Of a stretch of DNA of 64,000 nt, positions 28,271-39,528 are shown one piece after another. The stretch spans positions 32,001-96,000 of the forward strand of contig JASFQK010000014.1 of the NCBI GenBank assembly GCA_050115495.1, given 5' to 3'. The DNA is from Phycisphaerae bacterium (lineage in GTDB: Bacteria > Planctomycetota > Phycisphaerae > UBA1845 > Fen-1342). The stretch's first letter is position 1; every line of letters starts with the position of its first letter. Both the position numbers and the translations under genes were made by a program. Under the pieces are notes generated by a model. That model searched no databases, was not told the DNA's origin, and worked only from the letters and a program-made list of their open reading frames with translations.

Positions 28271-29095
28271 TTAGGTCTCGTCGTCCTCTTCTTCTTCCTC
28301 GTCCGCGGCCATGGCGGCGGTGATGGCCGTCTTCTCCAGGATGCTGTTCAGACGCTTGCGCACGAGGGGGAGGAACATCACGTGCGGGATGCGGCGAAGC
28401 TCCTTTGTTCCGGTGGCGTTGTAGACGATCAGCGTGCCGGCCAGGCCGAGCAGCAGCTCGAGCACGTCGGGGAAGCTGCTGCGAATGGTCTTCGCCCCGC
28501 GGCCGAGGGAATCGTCCATCTTGCCGAAGGCGTAGTGCTCGAACTCGTTGTGCGTGATCCGCCAGCGGTCATTCAAGCGGGCGTAGACCAGCATGATGAG
28601 ATACGGCACCAGCAGGATCACGCTGATCGACAGCCCCAGGCTGCGGTTGTACTGCACGTCCCGGTTGGCGAACCAGCGGTAGATGTCGCCGAAGAAGGTG
28701 TAGTTGCGGTCCTGGAGCCATAGCCCGAGAAACCAGAAGGCGGCGATCACCACGAGCCAGAAGACGGCGTGGTTGCGGTCGATGTCCACGCCGAGCGTGA
28801 GCACCACGATGATGGCGACCCAGATGTAGATCCAGCCGACCCATTCGAGCCGGCCCAGCACGGGGGCGGTCTCGGGCGTTGTCGCCGCCGGTGCGGTGCT
28901 CGTCTCGGCCACGGTGGCCTGGCCGGCGGCCGGCAGCGTCGCCGGTGCACCGAACGGCCACAGCACGAAGCCCGCGAGGATGAGCGGCCAGATGAACAGC
29001 AGCTTCGGATAGGTGATGAAAGTCACCTCGTGCCGTTTCTTGTCAGCGGACGGCCTGCTTGGCTTCGATGGCTGGGGACTGGTCGCGTTCTCCAC
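28271..29095 (-). CDS. hypothetical membrane protein
   Basis: Four TM helices, soluble C-terminal domain, acidic tail; AAGGAG RBS. Confidence 0.75.
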   Translation of the reverse strand: MENATSPQPSKPSRPSADKKRHEVTFITYPKLLFIWPLILAGFVLWPFGAPATLPAAGQATVAETSTAPAATTPETAPVLGRLEWVGWIYIWVAIIVVLTLGVDIDRNHAVFWLVVIAAFWFLGLWLQDRNYTFFGDIYRWFANRDVQYNRSLGLSISVILLVPYLIMLVYARLNDRWRITHNEFEHYAFGKMDDSLGRGAKTIRSSFPDVLELLLGLAGTLIVYNATGTKELRRIPHVMFLPLVRKRLNSILEKTAITAAMAADEEEEEDDET

Positions 29096-29139
29096 TATCG
29101 GCTCCTTCCTCATCACCGGCCACGCCGGCGAGCGGCTGA

Positions 29140-31191
29140 CTATCGTTCGACGCTGATCCGCGGCGCCACGCCGGAGTCGATGTCGGCCAAGCCGGCGGGC
29201 TGCGGCGAGCGTGCCCCGCCATTGCCGCCGGCGTTCACGGCCCACAACGCCAGGACGCCCGGCAGCAGCCAGACGAGGTTCGTCACGGCGCCGCCGTCAC
29301 TGGCGAGCATGACGGCACAGATGACCATGACCAGACCGCCGACCAGGTGGTGCACCTGCGGCCGCTGTCCGGCCATGATCACGATGGCCACCAGCAGGGC
29401 CACGATGCCCGCCAGCAGCTTGATGAGCTTGCGCATGAGGGCCCACCGGCTGCTGTCGGCGTGCTCGGTCGTGCTCCACAGGGTCCAGACGCCCGGCTCG
29501 GTGGGTTCCGCGACCGTGGTCGACAGCCAGGTCTGCTCGAGCACGGTGCGGAGCGTCACCCACATCCGCGTGACCGGAGGCTGGGCGGCGAGGGCGGCGT
29601 CGTACCGGCGATTCAGCTCGTCGGCGGTGTCGGCGGTCGGCACGAGGCGCTGGAACAGCAGCTTGCGGGTGTCGATATCACCATGGTCCACCGCGCTACG
29701 TCCAGTGCCGGTCACCGACGGGTTGAGCGTCAGGGCCTCGCTGTTGACCAGGAAGCGCCAGAACCAGCGCAGCCAGCCGCGCGGGGTTTCCTTCTCCTCG
29801 GTGACGTACGGGGTGACGAGGAGGGTCGTGCCGTCATCGCCGCGGGCGACGGTGTACGTCGGCGGTAGCCCGGCTCGCGCGAGGGCGGCGTCGGCCCGTG
29901 GCAACGCCGGCGCCGCCAGCCAGACCAGGCCGGCCACGCCGAGAGCCAAGCCGCCAATCACGCCGACGAGCCCGCCGATCGCCTCCCAGCCGTGCCGGAA
30001 GAAGTACGCCAGGAAGAGCGGCAGAGCCAGCCACGCCCACGGCCAGGCGAAGCCGGCCATGACGATCAGCAGGCCGGACAGCAGGCCGCCGATGCCGGGA
30101 ATCAGGGCGAACGCCAAGCTCCAGCAGAGCAGCACGGCGGGCAGCATGATTTCGGGCCGAGAGAGGCACTCCAGCGCGCCCGGGAACACACAGAACAGGA
30201 TAACCATTGTCAGGCCCATGCCCGGCGAGTGCAGTCGTCGCCCGATGGTCGACAGGCCCAGCACCATGAGCAGGAACAGCAGGCCGTTGGCCAACCGTGC
30301 TCCGGAGAAGTCGCCGGCCTGCCACCAGTCGGTGTCCTGCCATTTCGCCCGGTCGGCCCAGGTCATCGTGACGAAGTTGTCCTCGTCGGCCATGGACGTC
30401 ACGGGCGGCCGGACGCGGGCCGCACCAGCGTGCAGCAGGTACAGCAGCGGGCTGCGGGCGTCGTGGCCCTCCACGTGGGCATAGGGCAACTCGCCCGTTT
30501 CGTTGAAGTACGCGGCGCCGACGATGCCGTCACACGTGCCCGGCGTCAGCGGCGACGTCGCCACGTCGTGCACGCCGATCACGAGGCCGGCCAGCATCAG
30601 TACGAACAGCGCCCCGTTCGAGACGTTGACCTCGCAGCGAACGATCTTCGTCGAGCCGAGGCAGCGCCAGCCGCGCAAGAGCCAGTACAGGCCGGCGAGG
30701 GTCAGTAGCAGGTAGGACCACCATTGGCCCGTTTGTCCCAGGTAGCACCTCGGCAGGCCCAGGCGGCTCGTATCGCCGCGCATGAGGAGCAACAGACAGG
30801 TCGCCGCCAGAATCAGGGCGTCGAAGTTGCGCAGCGACAGCAGTGGTCGCATGCGGAAACTCAGCGCCAGAATCACGACGACGGCAAACCAGGTGAGTGT
30901 CGCGCCCGACAGCGGCGGCATGAGGCAGACGCGCCGTGCCGTAGGCGCGGTACGCTGGCTGGTCGGCATGGTGCTCGGTGGCCGGTCATGGTAGCCCGCA
31001 GCCGTCTCGCCCACGTCGAACATGGTGGTAACGTCCGACTCTTCCACGTTCGCCGGGGCGCTGGTGGGCTGTTCTGCCTGCGCCGTCGCGTACGACGACG
31101 AGGCGCCCAGGGCGGAAACGGTCAGCGCCGACAGACACCAGGCGGCCAGCAGTAGGGACAGCCGGCCGCGTTGCAGCAGCGAAAGATGCAT
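29140..31191 (-). CDS. large polytopic membrane protein (possible GT-C-like)
   Basis: Signal peptide, about 10 TM helices, GELPY...SPLLYLLH periplasmic loop. Confidence 0.65.
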   Translation of the reverse strand: MHLSLLQRGRLSLLLAAWCLSALTVSALGASSSYATAQAEQPTSAPANVEESDVTTMFDVGETAAGYHDRPPSTMPTSQRTAPTARRVCLMPPLSGATLTWFAVVVILALSFRMRPLLSLRNFDALILAATCLLLLMRGDTSRLGLPRCYLGQTGQWWSYLLLTLAGLYWLLRGWRCLGSTKIVRCEVNVSNGALFVLMLAGLVIGVHDVATSPLTPGTCDGIVGAAYFNETGELPYAHVEGHDARSPLLYLLHAGAARVRPPVTSMADEDNFVTMTWADRAKWQDTDWWQAGDFSGARLANGLLFLLMVLGLSTIGRRLHSPGMGLTMVILFCVFPGALECLSRPEIMLPAVLLCWSLAFALIPGIGGLLSGLLIVMAGFAWPWAWLALPLFLAYFFRHGWEAIGGLVGVIGGLALGVAGLVWLAAPALPRADAALARAGLPPTYTVARGDDGTTLLVTPYVTEEKETPRGWLRWFWRFLVNSEALTLNPSVTGTGRSAVDHGDIDTRKLLFQRLVPTADTADELNRRYDAALAAQPPVTRMWVTLRTVLEQTWLSTTVAEPTEPGVWTLWSTTEHADSSRWALMRKLIKLLAGIVALLVAIVIMAGQRPQVHHLVGGLVMVICAVMLASDGGAVTNLVWLLPGVLALWAVNAGGNGGARSPQPAGLADIDSGVAPRISVER

Positions 31192-32229
31192 CACCTGATA
31201 CTCCCTCAAGGACCCGCTCAGATTGCGACGGGCCGGAGAAAATCCGCGCCAATAAACCCACGCTCATCCTACCACGCGCCCGATGGGCGGGACACCCCGC
31301 CTCGTCGTCTGACACGGCGCGTCGCCCTCGGTCAGCATACTAACCGACAACGCCGCCGCGTTCCGTTCGCACCCCTAGCCTGCGGCCCCCGCCGCACGGT
31401 TTTATACAAGTCGGCGCGCGGACGGACGCAAGCCGCGGGCCTGTGCCGCGAGAGTATTCGTTTGCCGGCGGTGATTCTTCCGTCGAGTGCGGCGCGCTGC
31501 TGGCCGCGCAGACACGTCAGAACTTCGCCGCTTGTTGACGGCATCCTTGCGCGACGCAGGTGTGATGCGCGAACGTGGTGTCGCGAAGCCTCCTTGGGCA
31601 ATCGTGCGCCGGTGGTGAACCGCCGAGGCAGCGCTCCTTCGCTCGGCGGCGTTCGCCGGGCAGAGCCGGAACCGGTCCCGGACATTGAGTTATCAGACTG
31701 AGGCGTTCTGATGCGGGCACTACGGGCCCTAACCGGGAACATCTGTACCCATAATGGGTTGGAGAACGCGGTGGGGACTGCTACGATGAAGGTGTCCGGA
31801 TTGTAGCCGACCGTTGAGCAGGTACGTGGGAGTTGCGGGCTTCGATTTCCACGTCGCCAGGGCCGATGGCCGATGACGCTCACGAGAGGCGAGTCGAGCT
31901 GGGATGCGGTTGGATGCTGCGCCGGGAATTCCAAGACGCCCGTCCCATTTTCATTATGTGGACTATGTCCGCGCGGCGATCAGGACACGTGTCCAGGTCA
32001 GCCCATCAGCCGACATGCCCGGAAGCGTTCCTGGCGGCGTAACTCATTGCCGCCGATTGGTTTACAGATTGGCCCCAACGGCCACAGCCAGACTCTCGTC
32101 CGCGAAGCGCGGGCCGCGTTGCCATCGACGACGGTGCGTCCCGGGCTTTGCCGATGGTCACCGAGGGCCGTCCGGCGCAGCGGAGCTGCGAGCGAGTGCC
32201 CGGGCGGAGAGCGCCAACAGGAGATACCC

Positions 32230-35200
32230 ATGTGTGATTCGAGCCTCAAGCGTGCGTTTCTGGTGGCGGTCGGGCTGATCGCGGTCACGGCCGCGGCGGT
32301 CGCCGACGTCCAACAGGCCGGGGGCTATTACTACACGTACTTCGATGAGCAGATCCCGCTCGGACTGGATCCGGGGCGGGTGGCGGTGTGGATGGACGGT
32401 CCGACGACGGACGCCACGCTGGCGGCGTTCGGCCTGGCCGCGGACGATCTGCGCCCGTACACCAACGACGGCTGGCAATTCGCCGAGCTGTCTGAGCCGG
32501 TCCGCGACGCCACCCCGGTGCCCGTCCTGGTGCCGGCGCTGGCCAACGCGCAGGCGGCGGACTTCGTATCGCCGGTGCTGCTCGATAAGCGCGGCGACCC
32601 AGTGATCATCACGCCGGTGCTGCTGATCGGGTTCGAGCCGGACCTGCCGACGACGCAGGCGGAGACGGTCCTGTCCGGGTACGTGGACGGCGAGGTTCTG
32701 GAGCGTGACTGGGCGGACATGGACAACGTGTACCGCGTGCAGTGCCGGAGCCGCGACGGCTTCGAGGTCCTGGCGTTGGCGAACCTGCTGGCCGAACTGC
32801 CGGAGGTGCTCTACGCCGAGCCGGACATGATCATGACCGTGCACAAGACGTTGATCCCGAACGACCCGTACTTCTCGTCGCTGTGGGGCATCCGCAACAC
32901 GAGCAACGACATGGACATGGACGGTGACGAGGCCTGGGACAAGACGACGGGCTCGTCCTCGATCGTGATCGCCGTACTCGACGACGGTGTCCAGCAGAAT
33001 CACCCGGACATCAACCAGTACTCGGGGGCCGACTTCACCGGCGAGGGTTCGGGTGGCGGACCGGGGAACCAGTGTGATAACCATGGCACGGCCTGTGCCG
33101 GCTGCGTGTCCGCCATCATCAATAACAACACCGGTGTCGTGGGTATCGCGCCCGAGTGCAGGATCCGTTCGGCGAAGTGGAGTGTCTCAAACGTGCCCTG
33201 CGACGGTGCCGGGTACTATTACACGAGCTGGTTGGTAAGCGCGCTGAACTGGGCACAGAACATTGGGGCGCGCGTAACCACAAACAGCAACGGGCTGAAT
33301 CCCGCCAGCTCGGTTACCAACAAGTACAACAGCACGCGCAATGCGGGCCTGGTGCACTTCGCCGCCACCGGCAACGAGGGCAGCAGCTCCATCACGTATC
33401 CGGCCAGCCTCTCCTCGGTGAACGGGATCGGGGCGGTCAACAGCAACGGCAACCGGGCCTCCTTCAGCAACTACGGCACGGGCATCGCCTTCGTGGCTCC
33501 CGGCGTCAACATCCGCACGACCGACCGCACGGGCAGCTCCGGTTACGAATACGGTGACTACGCCTGGGTGGACGGCACGTCTTTCTCGTCGCCGTACGCC
33601 GCCGGCGTGGCTGCGCTGGTGCTCTCGATGGACAACTCGCTGACGCCGGCCCTGGTCGAGCAAGCGCTGTACAACACCTGCATGGACCGTGGGTCCAGCG
33701 GGTACGACACCGTGTACGGCTACGGCATCGTCAACGCCCGGGCGGCGGTCGATTACGTCGACAACACGCAGTACTACACGCTTACGATCAACACGAGCGG
33801 CCAGGGCAGCGTGACGCTGGATCCGTCCGGGGGAATCTACGCCTCCGGCACGAGCGTCCAGCTCACCGCCGAGCCCACGTACGGTTGGGTCTTCGACCAC
33901 TGGGAGGGCTCGCTGAGCGGCTCGTCCAACCCGGCGTCGATCACGATGAACAGCAACAAGACGGTCACGGCGGTCTTCGTGGAAGAGGTGTACACACTGA
34001 CCGCCATGACCCAGGGCAGCGGGACCATCACGCTCGATCCGCCCGGCGGCGCGTATCCCGTGGGCACAGTCGTGCAGTTGATGGCGCGGCAGGATATCGG
34101 CTGGCACTTCGACCACTGGTCGGGCCACCTGGATGGCTCGGGCAACCCCGAGTATCTAACGATGGACGGCGACAAAACGGTTGTTGCCGTCTTCGAGGAA
34201 ACCAGCTACTTCATCTCGATCACGATCGAGGGCCAGGGCAGCGTGACGCTCGATCCGCCGGGCGGCACGTACGCGTTCGGCACCGTCGTGGAACTCACGG
34301 CGGAAGGCGAATCCGGTTGGGTCTTCGATCACTGGGCAGGCGCGCTGAGCGGGGCGGAGAATCCGAAGTCGATCACGGTGAACGGTAACAAGCTGATCAC
34401 CGCGGTCTTCGTCGAGGAGCAGCAGCAGTACACGCTGACGGTCAACGTCACCGGCAATGGCGACGTGACACTCAACCCGCCGGGCGGTACGTACGACTCC
34501 GGCACGACCGTGCAGTTGACCGCGGATGCAGACGCGGATTGGTCGTTCGATCACTGGGAAGGAGCGCTCAGCGGCGCCACGAATCCGACGACGATCTACA
34601 TGGACAGCGACAAGACGGTCACCGCTGTCTTCGAGCCGACGAACGACTGCAACGGCAACGGCGTACCCGACGAGGACGACCTGTCCGCCGGCACGAGCTA
34701 TGACTGCAACGGCAACGGCATTCCGGACGAGTGCGATATCGGCGGCATCAGCCTGGACTGCAACACCAACGGCGTCCCTGATGAGTGCGAACTCGGCAGC
34801 GTCAGCGGCCTGGCGGCGGCGTACTACGACGGCGTGAGCCTCAGCGGGACGGTGCACGGCCGCGTGGATGCCACGGTTGACTTCAACTGGGCCAGTGGTG
34901 AGGCGTGGTCGGGCCTCGGCGTCGACACGTTCAGCGTTCGCTGGACCGGCTGGGTGCATACGCCGGCAGCCGCCGGGACGTACACGTTCTACACCACGAC
35001 CGACGACGGTGTGCGGTTGTGGGTCGGCGGGCAACTGCTGATCGACCAGTGGATCGACCAGTCGGCCACCGAGTGGTCGGGGACGATCAGCCTCGAAGCC
35101 GACGAGGACTACCGGCTGGTGATGGAGTACTACGAGAACGGCGGCAGCGCGGTGGCCGAGCTGCGCTGGGAGCCACCGGGAATGTCGAAGGTGATCATCC

Positions 35201-35526
35201 CGTCGTCGAACCTGGCCGCCGGCCGGGACTGCAACGAGAACGGTGTGCCGGACGCATGTGACATCGCCGGCGGCACGAGCACCGACACGAACGGCAACGG
35301 CGTTCCGGACGAGTGCGAGGCGAGCATTCTGGTCGGCGACATCAATGGTGACGGTCTGGTGGACAACTTCGACATCAGCCCGTTCGTGTACGCCGTCACG
35401 CACAGCGAGGTGGAGTTCGTGACGCAGTACCCCGCCGGCCAATACGGGGCGGCGGATATCAACCAGGACGGGCAGGTGGATAACTTCGATATCAGCCCGT
35501 TCGTGAGCCTGCTGACCGGCGGGTAA
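32230..35526 (+). CDS. S8 subtilisin-like serine protease with 4 InlB B-like repeats, PA14 domain and dockerin-like tail
   Basis: Catalytic AVLDDG / HGTACAG / GTSFSSP; four YTLT...PxGG.Y..GT.V.L.A...W.FDHW.G repeats; FSVRWTG...DDGVRLWV (PA14); DCNxNGxPD repeats. Confidence 0.93.
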   Translation: MCDSSLKRAFLVAVGLIAVTAAAVADVQQAGGYYYTYFDEQIPLGLDPGRVAVWMDGPTTDATLAAFGLAADDLRPYTNDGWQFAELSEPVRDATPVPVLVPALANAQAADFVSPVLLDKRGDPVIITPVLLIGFEPDLPTTQAETVLSGYVDGEVLERDWADMDNVYRVQCRSRDGFEVLALANLLAELPEVLYAEPDMIMTVHKTLIPNDPYFSSLWGIRNTSNDMDMDGDEAWDKTTGSSSIVIAVLDDGVQQNHPDINQYSGADFTGEGSGGGPGNQCDNHGTACAGCVSAIINNNTGVVGIAPECRIRSAKWSVSNVPCDGAGYYYTSWLVSALNWAQNIGARVTTNSNGLNPASSVTNKYNSTRNAGLVHFAATGNEGSSSITYPASLSSVNGIGAVNSNGNRASFSNYGTGIAFVAPGVNIRTTDRTGSSGYEYGDYAWVDGTSFSSPYAAGVAALVLSMDNSLTPALVEQALYNTCMDRGSSGYDTVYGYGIVNARAAVDYVDNTQYYTLTINTSGQGSVTLDPSGGIYASGTSVQLTAEPTYGWVFDHWEGSLSGSSNPASITMNSNKTVTAVFVEEVYTLTAMTQGSGTITLDPPGGAYPVGTVVQLMARQDIGWHFDHWSGHLDGSGNPEYLTMDGDKTVVAVFEETSYFISITIEGQGSVTLDPPGGTYAFGTVVELTAEGESGWVFDHWAGALSGAENPKSITVNGNKLITAVFVEEQQQYTLTVNVTGNGDVTLNPPGGTYDSGTTVQLTADADADWSFDHWEGALSGATNPTTIYMDSDKTVTAVFEPTNDCNGNGVPDEDDLSAGTSYDCNGNGIPDECDIGGISLDCNTNGVPDECELGSVSGLAAAYYDGVSLSGTVHGRVDATVDFNWASGEAWSGLGVDTFSVRWTGWVHTPAAAGTYTFYTTTDDGVRLWVGGQLLIDQWIDQSATEWSGTISLEADEDYRLVMEYYENGGSAVAELRWEPPGMSKVIIPSSNLAAGRDCNENGVPDACDIAGGTSTDTNGNGVPDECEASILVGDINGDGLVDNFDISPFVYAVTHSEVEFVTQYPAGQYGAADINQDGQVDNFDISPFVSLLTGG

Positions 35527-35968
35527 GCGGTGGTGCGCTTGCCGTTTGGCGTTAGACGTCGGCCGCGGGGGGGCGACGCTACCGGATGAGCGCGTGCCGA
35601 CCCACCGGTGTGTGGCATGCTGAAGCGCAGCGCCGGCATGTCGATCGTTCGAAGTGGCGACGACATGCCCGCGCCTTGGAGCCTGGACATGCCACACTGC
35701 GTGTCGGGTGTTGTGAGCGAGAGACGTTCGCTTCTGGGGCGATCGAAGAGCACTGCTCAAAAGCAGTGGCACACCGTGGGGGTTGTCGGGGTTCGACGTC
35801 GGCCGCGGGGGGCCGACGCTACGGCGTGGATCGTGCGATTCCCCGTATTCGACGGCCGGCACGGAGCCCGGACGCTACCCGACGGGGCGAAGCGGGTTTA
35901 AGATATGCCGTGCGGGCTGCGTTCGGCGACGGCGGCCCGGTCGCACCGCGGTTGCGGAGGCGCTCGGC

Positions 35969-36478
35969 ATGCAGATCCCCTCCGATTTCGACACGGCCAT
36001 CAGACGGAAATACCCCGAGGGCGTGGCCATCGTCATTGCTAAGGACCCCGACGGAAAACACAACCCCATCACCCTCTGCTGGGTCATGCGCACGTCGCTC
36101 GACCCGCCGATGCTGGCCATCTCCATCGGATTGGCGCGGCACTCGCTGTCCGCCATCCGCCACGCCCGTGAATTCGTCGTCGCCATCCTCGCCAGCGACA
36201 TGGCCGAGGACGCCCTCTTCCACGGCACGAAGTCCGGACGCGATCTCGACAAGCTGGCGGCGGCGGGCACCAAGATCCAGCCGGCCACCGTCATCGACAG
36301 CGTGCTGCTGGCCGACGCCGTAGCGAACTTCGAGTGTCGGGTCGAAGGCGAACTGCACACCGGCGACCACGTCATCTTCGCCGGCCGCGTCGTCGCCGCC
36401 CACCAGAGCACCAATCCCGAAGCACGCGGGCTATACGCCCTGGGCAATGATCAGTTCGGCGGGGTCGTGGCCCGTTGA
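35969..36478 (+). CDS. flavin reductase-like FMN-binding protein
   Basis: SLDPPMLAISI, GTKSGRDLDK, FECRV...GDHVIFAGRV. Confidence 0.88.
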   Translation: MQIPSDFDTAIRRKYPEGVAIVIAKDPDGKHNPITLCWVMRTSLDPPMLAISIGLARHSLSAIRHAREFVVAILASDMAEDALFHGTKSGRDLDKLAAAGTKIQPATVIDSVLLADAVANFECRVEGELHTGDHVIFAGRVVAAHQSTNPEARGLYALGNDQFGGVVAR

Positions 36479-36529
36479 GCGTGAGCCCGGCGCTGGACGG
36501 AACCGCCGGAATGGGGTATCAGGCGCTGG

Positions 36530-38128
36530 ATGTTGGCCAGCCTGCTTGAATCTGTGCGCGTCGAACATCCGGCGGGAATCCTCGCCGTGCTGCTGGGTGT
36601 GCTGGCCGTCATCTTCTGGCTGGTACAACATGCCGTCTTCGGGCGGATCTTCAAGGTCGTGCCTGCGCTCGTCTTCTGCTACTTCGTACCCACGGCCCTG
36701 ACGACCGCCGGCATCCTGCCCGCCGAATCCCCGCTGTATAGCTGGATCAAGAGCTTCGTGCTGCCGGCGGCGTTGTTGCTGCTGATTCTGGCGCTGGACC
36801 TGCCGGGGATCATGCGGCTGGGTCCGAAGGCACTGATCATGGTGCTGGCGGGCACAACGGGCGTCGTGCTGGGTGGGCCGCTGGCGCTGTGGATCTGCCG
36901 GGGGCTGCTGCCGGCGAACGCCTGGCAGGGAATGACGGCACTGGCGGGAAGCTGGATCGGCGGCGGAGCGAACTTCGTGGCGCTGGGCGATATCGCCGGC
37001 GCGTCGAGCACGATGATGGCCATCATGGTGGTGCCGGACGTACTGGTGGCCAACATCTGGATGGGCGTGCTGCTGTACCTGTCCGCACACCAGCATCGCA
37101 TCGACGGCTGGACCGGGGCGAACGCCCAGGCCATCCGCGAACTCGAGCGGCGGCTGAGCGACTTCCAGGAGCGGGTCCGGCGTGTGACCACCCTGCCCGA
37201 TCTGATGATGATCGTGGCCCTGGGTTTCGTCGTGAGCTGGGTGAGCTACGTGGGCGGACAGAAGCTGTTCGCGACGACGTCCGGCGTGGTACGTGAGGTG
37301 GGTCACCGGACGCTGAGCGCTCCCGGAGTAATGGACGACATCCCGCTGCGCGACGTGCGGCACATGCTCGATGCCGCCTTCGAGGCCGATGTAGACGTGC
37401 TGGCCGCCGGGCCCACGGTGCACACACTGGGTTACGGTGCGTGCCGGCTGACGGCGGAGTGTCCGGTCTTCAACGTCGGCGACACGATCTACGAGACGCA
37501 CGAAGACGTGATCCGCGAGGCGGCAACGGCGGTCTTCGCCGAGCCGTCGACGTTCGCCGCGCTCGACGTAATGGACATCGTGCACGGTATCGACGTGGCT
37601 GAGCGGGCAGTGCCGAGCGTGGTGGCAGCGGCGCGGTCCGGAAGCACGTGGTACCCCATCGGGCGGTTTCTCAGCGAAACGCTCGGGGCCTCGACGTGGA
37701 AGTACGTGCTGGTGACGACCATCGGCATTCTGCTGTCGCTGACCGCCGCACGCAACCTGGAGGGGGCAGGCGCCTCGCGCGTCGGCTCCGTGCTGCTCTA
37801 CCTGCTGGTGGCGTGCATCGGCGCATCGGCGAACTTCCAGGAGGTTCTGAAACAGCCGGCGTTTTTCCTGATGGGCTTCGTGTGGATGTCGGTGCACATC
37901 GCCTTCATCCTGGGCGTGGGCTACCTGATCCGGGCGCCGATCTTCTTCGTCGCCGTCGGCTCTCAGGCGAATATCGGCGGGGCGGCGAGTGCCCCGGTCG
38001 TGGCGGCAGCGTATCATCCATCTCTGGCGCCGGTCGGGGCGCTGCTGGCGATCCTGGGGTATGTGCTGGGGACGTACGCCGGCCTGGTGTGCATGCACAT
38101 GCTGAAGGCGGTGGCCGGCGCGAGCTAG
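36530..38128 (+). CDS. DUF819-type membrane protein with an extra soluble insertion
   Basis: GSWIGGGANFVA and SQANIGGAASAPVVA signatures. Confidence 0.82.
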   Translation: MLASLLESVRVEHPAGILAVLLGVLAVIFWLVQHAVFGRIFKVVPALVFCYFVPTALTTAGILPAESPLYSWIKSFVLPAALLLLILALDLPGIMRLGPKALIMVLAGTTGVVLGGPLALWICRGLLPANAWQGMTALAGSWIGGGANFVALGDIAGASSTMMAIMVVPDVLVANIWMGVLLYLSAHQHRIDGWTGANAQAIRELERRLSDFQERVRRVTTLPDLMMIVALGFVVSWVSYVGGQKLFATTSGVVREVGHRTLSAPGVMDDIPLRDVRHMLDAAFEADVDVLAAGPTVHTLGYGACRLTAECPVFNVGDTIYETHEDVIREAATAVFAEPSTFAALDVMDIVHGIDVAERAVPSVVAAARSGSTWYPIGRFLSETLGASTWKYVLVTTIGILLSLTAARNLEGAGASRVGSVLLYLLVACIGASANFQEVLKQPAFFLMGFVWMSVHIAFILGVGYLIRAPIFFVAVGSQANIGGAASAPVVAAAYHPSLAPVGALLAILGYVLGTYAGLVCMHMLKAVAGAS

Positions 38129-38179
38129 ACGCGGGAATGACGGGCGACATCCGGCGGGCGGAAACGAAAGGGATCAGCG

Positions 38180-39340
38180 ATGATGCGGCGAATTGGACGG
38201 GACTGGGCGTTTGGATGGGGCCTGATGGCGACGGTCATCGCCGGGGTGCTGCTGCTGGGGCTGTCCGCCTGTGACCGGCAGCCGGAGAAGCCGGCACCGA
38301 TCCCCTTCTCACCGACCTCGGCCCCGGCCGCCAGTCCGCACGCACCCGTTGTGAAGCTCACACCGGCGATGACCGCGCGGGCCGCCGAGCCGGCCGGCAT
38401 TCCCACCGGCCTGTTCATCGACCGTCCCGAGCCCGGCGACCTGCGGGTCATGTCGTACAACATTCACTGGGACGACATCTTCCCCGACGTCAACGCCGAC
38501 TGCGCCGAGAAGTTCCAGCGCGTCGTGAAGGCCCTGGCGCCTGACGTGCTCGCCCTCCAGGAGATCGGCGACAGGCACCGCACGCCGCAGAAAGACGGCG
38601 CGGACGTCAAGGCCCTGATGGACGCCATCGACCCGCGTCCCGGCGGCGAGACGTGGCACGTTTTCAAGGGGCACAGCAACGTCATCGTCAGCCGGTACCC
38701 GCTCAGCCATACCAGCGATCACACCGTCCCCGGCGCGTACCGCGACCCGGCGTGCGCCCTGGTCGATCTGCCGGACGAGCGTTTCGCCTTCGACCTGTAT
38801 GTCCTGAATAACCACTTCAAGTGCTGTAGCCGCCAGGGTGACCAGAAGAAGCGCCAGGCTCAGGCCGATGCCCTGGTTAACTGGATCCGCGACGCCCGCA
38901 CGCCCGGCGGCGAGATCGACCTGCTGGAGGGCACGCCGATCATCCTGGTCGGCGACTTTAACCTGGTCGAGGGCCTCGAACCGCTGAACACGATCCTCAG
39001 TGGCGACATTTCCGACAAGAAGACGTACGGGCCGGACTTCGTCCCGGACTGGGACGACTCCGAGCTGACGGCGGCCCACCCTCTGCACAACCTCATCGGG
39101 CCGGACGACTATACCTGGCGGGACGACGGCAGCGACTATCAGCCCACGCGTATGGACTGGGTCATCTACACCGACAGCCTGCTGGACGTCGCCCAGGCCT
39201 TCATCCTGAACACGACGACGCTGTCGAAGGAGGAGCTGGCCCAGGGCCGGTTGGAGCCCTACGACGTGACGCTGGACATGACGGGCGTCCATTTCGACCA
39301 CCTGCCGGTCGTCGTCGATTTTCGACCCCACCAGCCCTGA
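38180..39340 (+). CDS. endonuclease/exonuclease/phosphatase family lipoprotein
   Basis: LSAC lipobox; RVMSYNI, ALQE, VGDFN, RMDWV, FDHLPV. Confidence 0.9.
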   Translation: MMRRIGRDWAFGWGLMATVIAGVLLLGLSACDRQPEKPAPIPFSPTSAPAASPHAPVVKLTPAMTARAAEPAGIPTGLFIDRPEPGDLRVMSYNIHWDDIFPDVNADCAEKFQRVVKALAPDVLALQEIGDRHRTPQKDGADVKALMDAIDPRPGGETWHVFKGHSNVIVSRYPLSHTSDHTVPGAYRDPACALVDLPDERFAFDLYVLNNHFKCCSRQGDQKKRQAQADALVNWIRDARTPGGEIDLLEGTPIILVGDFNLVEGLEPLNTILSGDISDKKTYGPDFVPDWDDSELTAAHPLHNLIGPDDYTWRDDGSDYQPTRMDWVIYTDSLLDVAQAFILNTTTLSKEELAQGRLEPYDVTLDMTGVHFDHLPVVVDFRPHQP

Positions 39341-39528
39341 GGCGGGGTGGCTTGTTTGCCTCCCCGGCAGCGGGTAGATTACGAAACCCGGTTGCCTGCC
39401 TTCCGGGACGGTCTTGGCGGCGGGCATACCGGGCGTGCCACAGGCGCGTTGGCAACCATTAGACATGGTCACGTGACGGTCCGCCGCGGGCCGGTGCGGC
39501 CGTCCAATCCAGAGTGGAGTCCAAGTCC

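Noticed and set aside
28769..30484. Long antisense or alternate-frame ORFs (e.g. 28769-30484, 34156-35862, 36431-38098, 6393-7811)
   Set aside because: Shadow ORFs expected in high-GC DNA; Arg/Pro/Ala-rich and overlapping well-supported genes
32085..32170. c-di-GMP-I riboswitch upstream of the S8 protease
   Set aside because: Hairpins are present, but the GCAAA/GAAA/GCAAAG consensus is not matched
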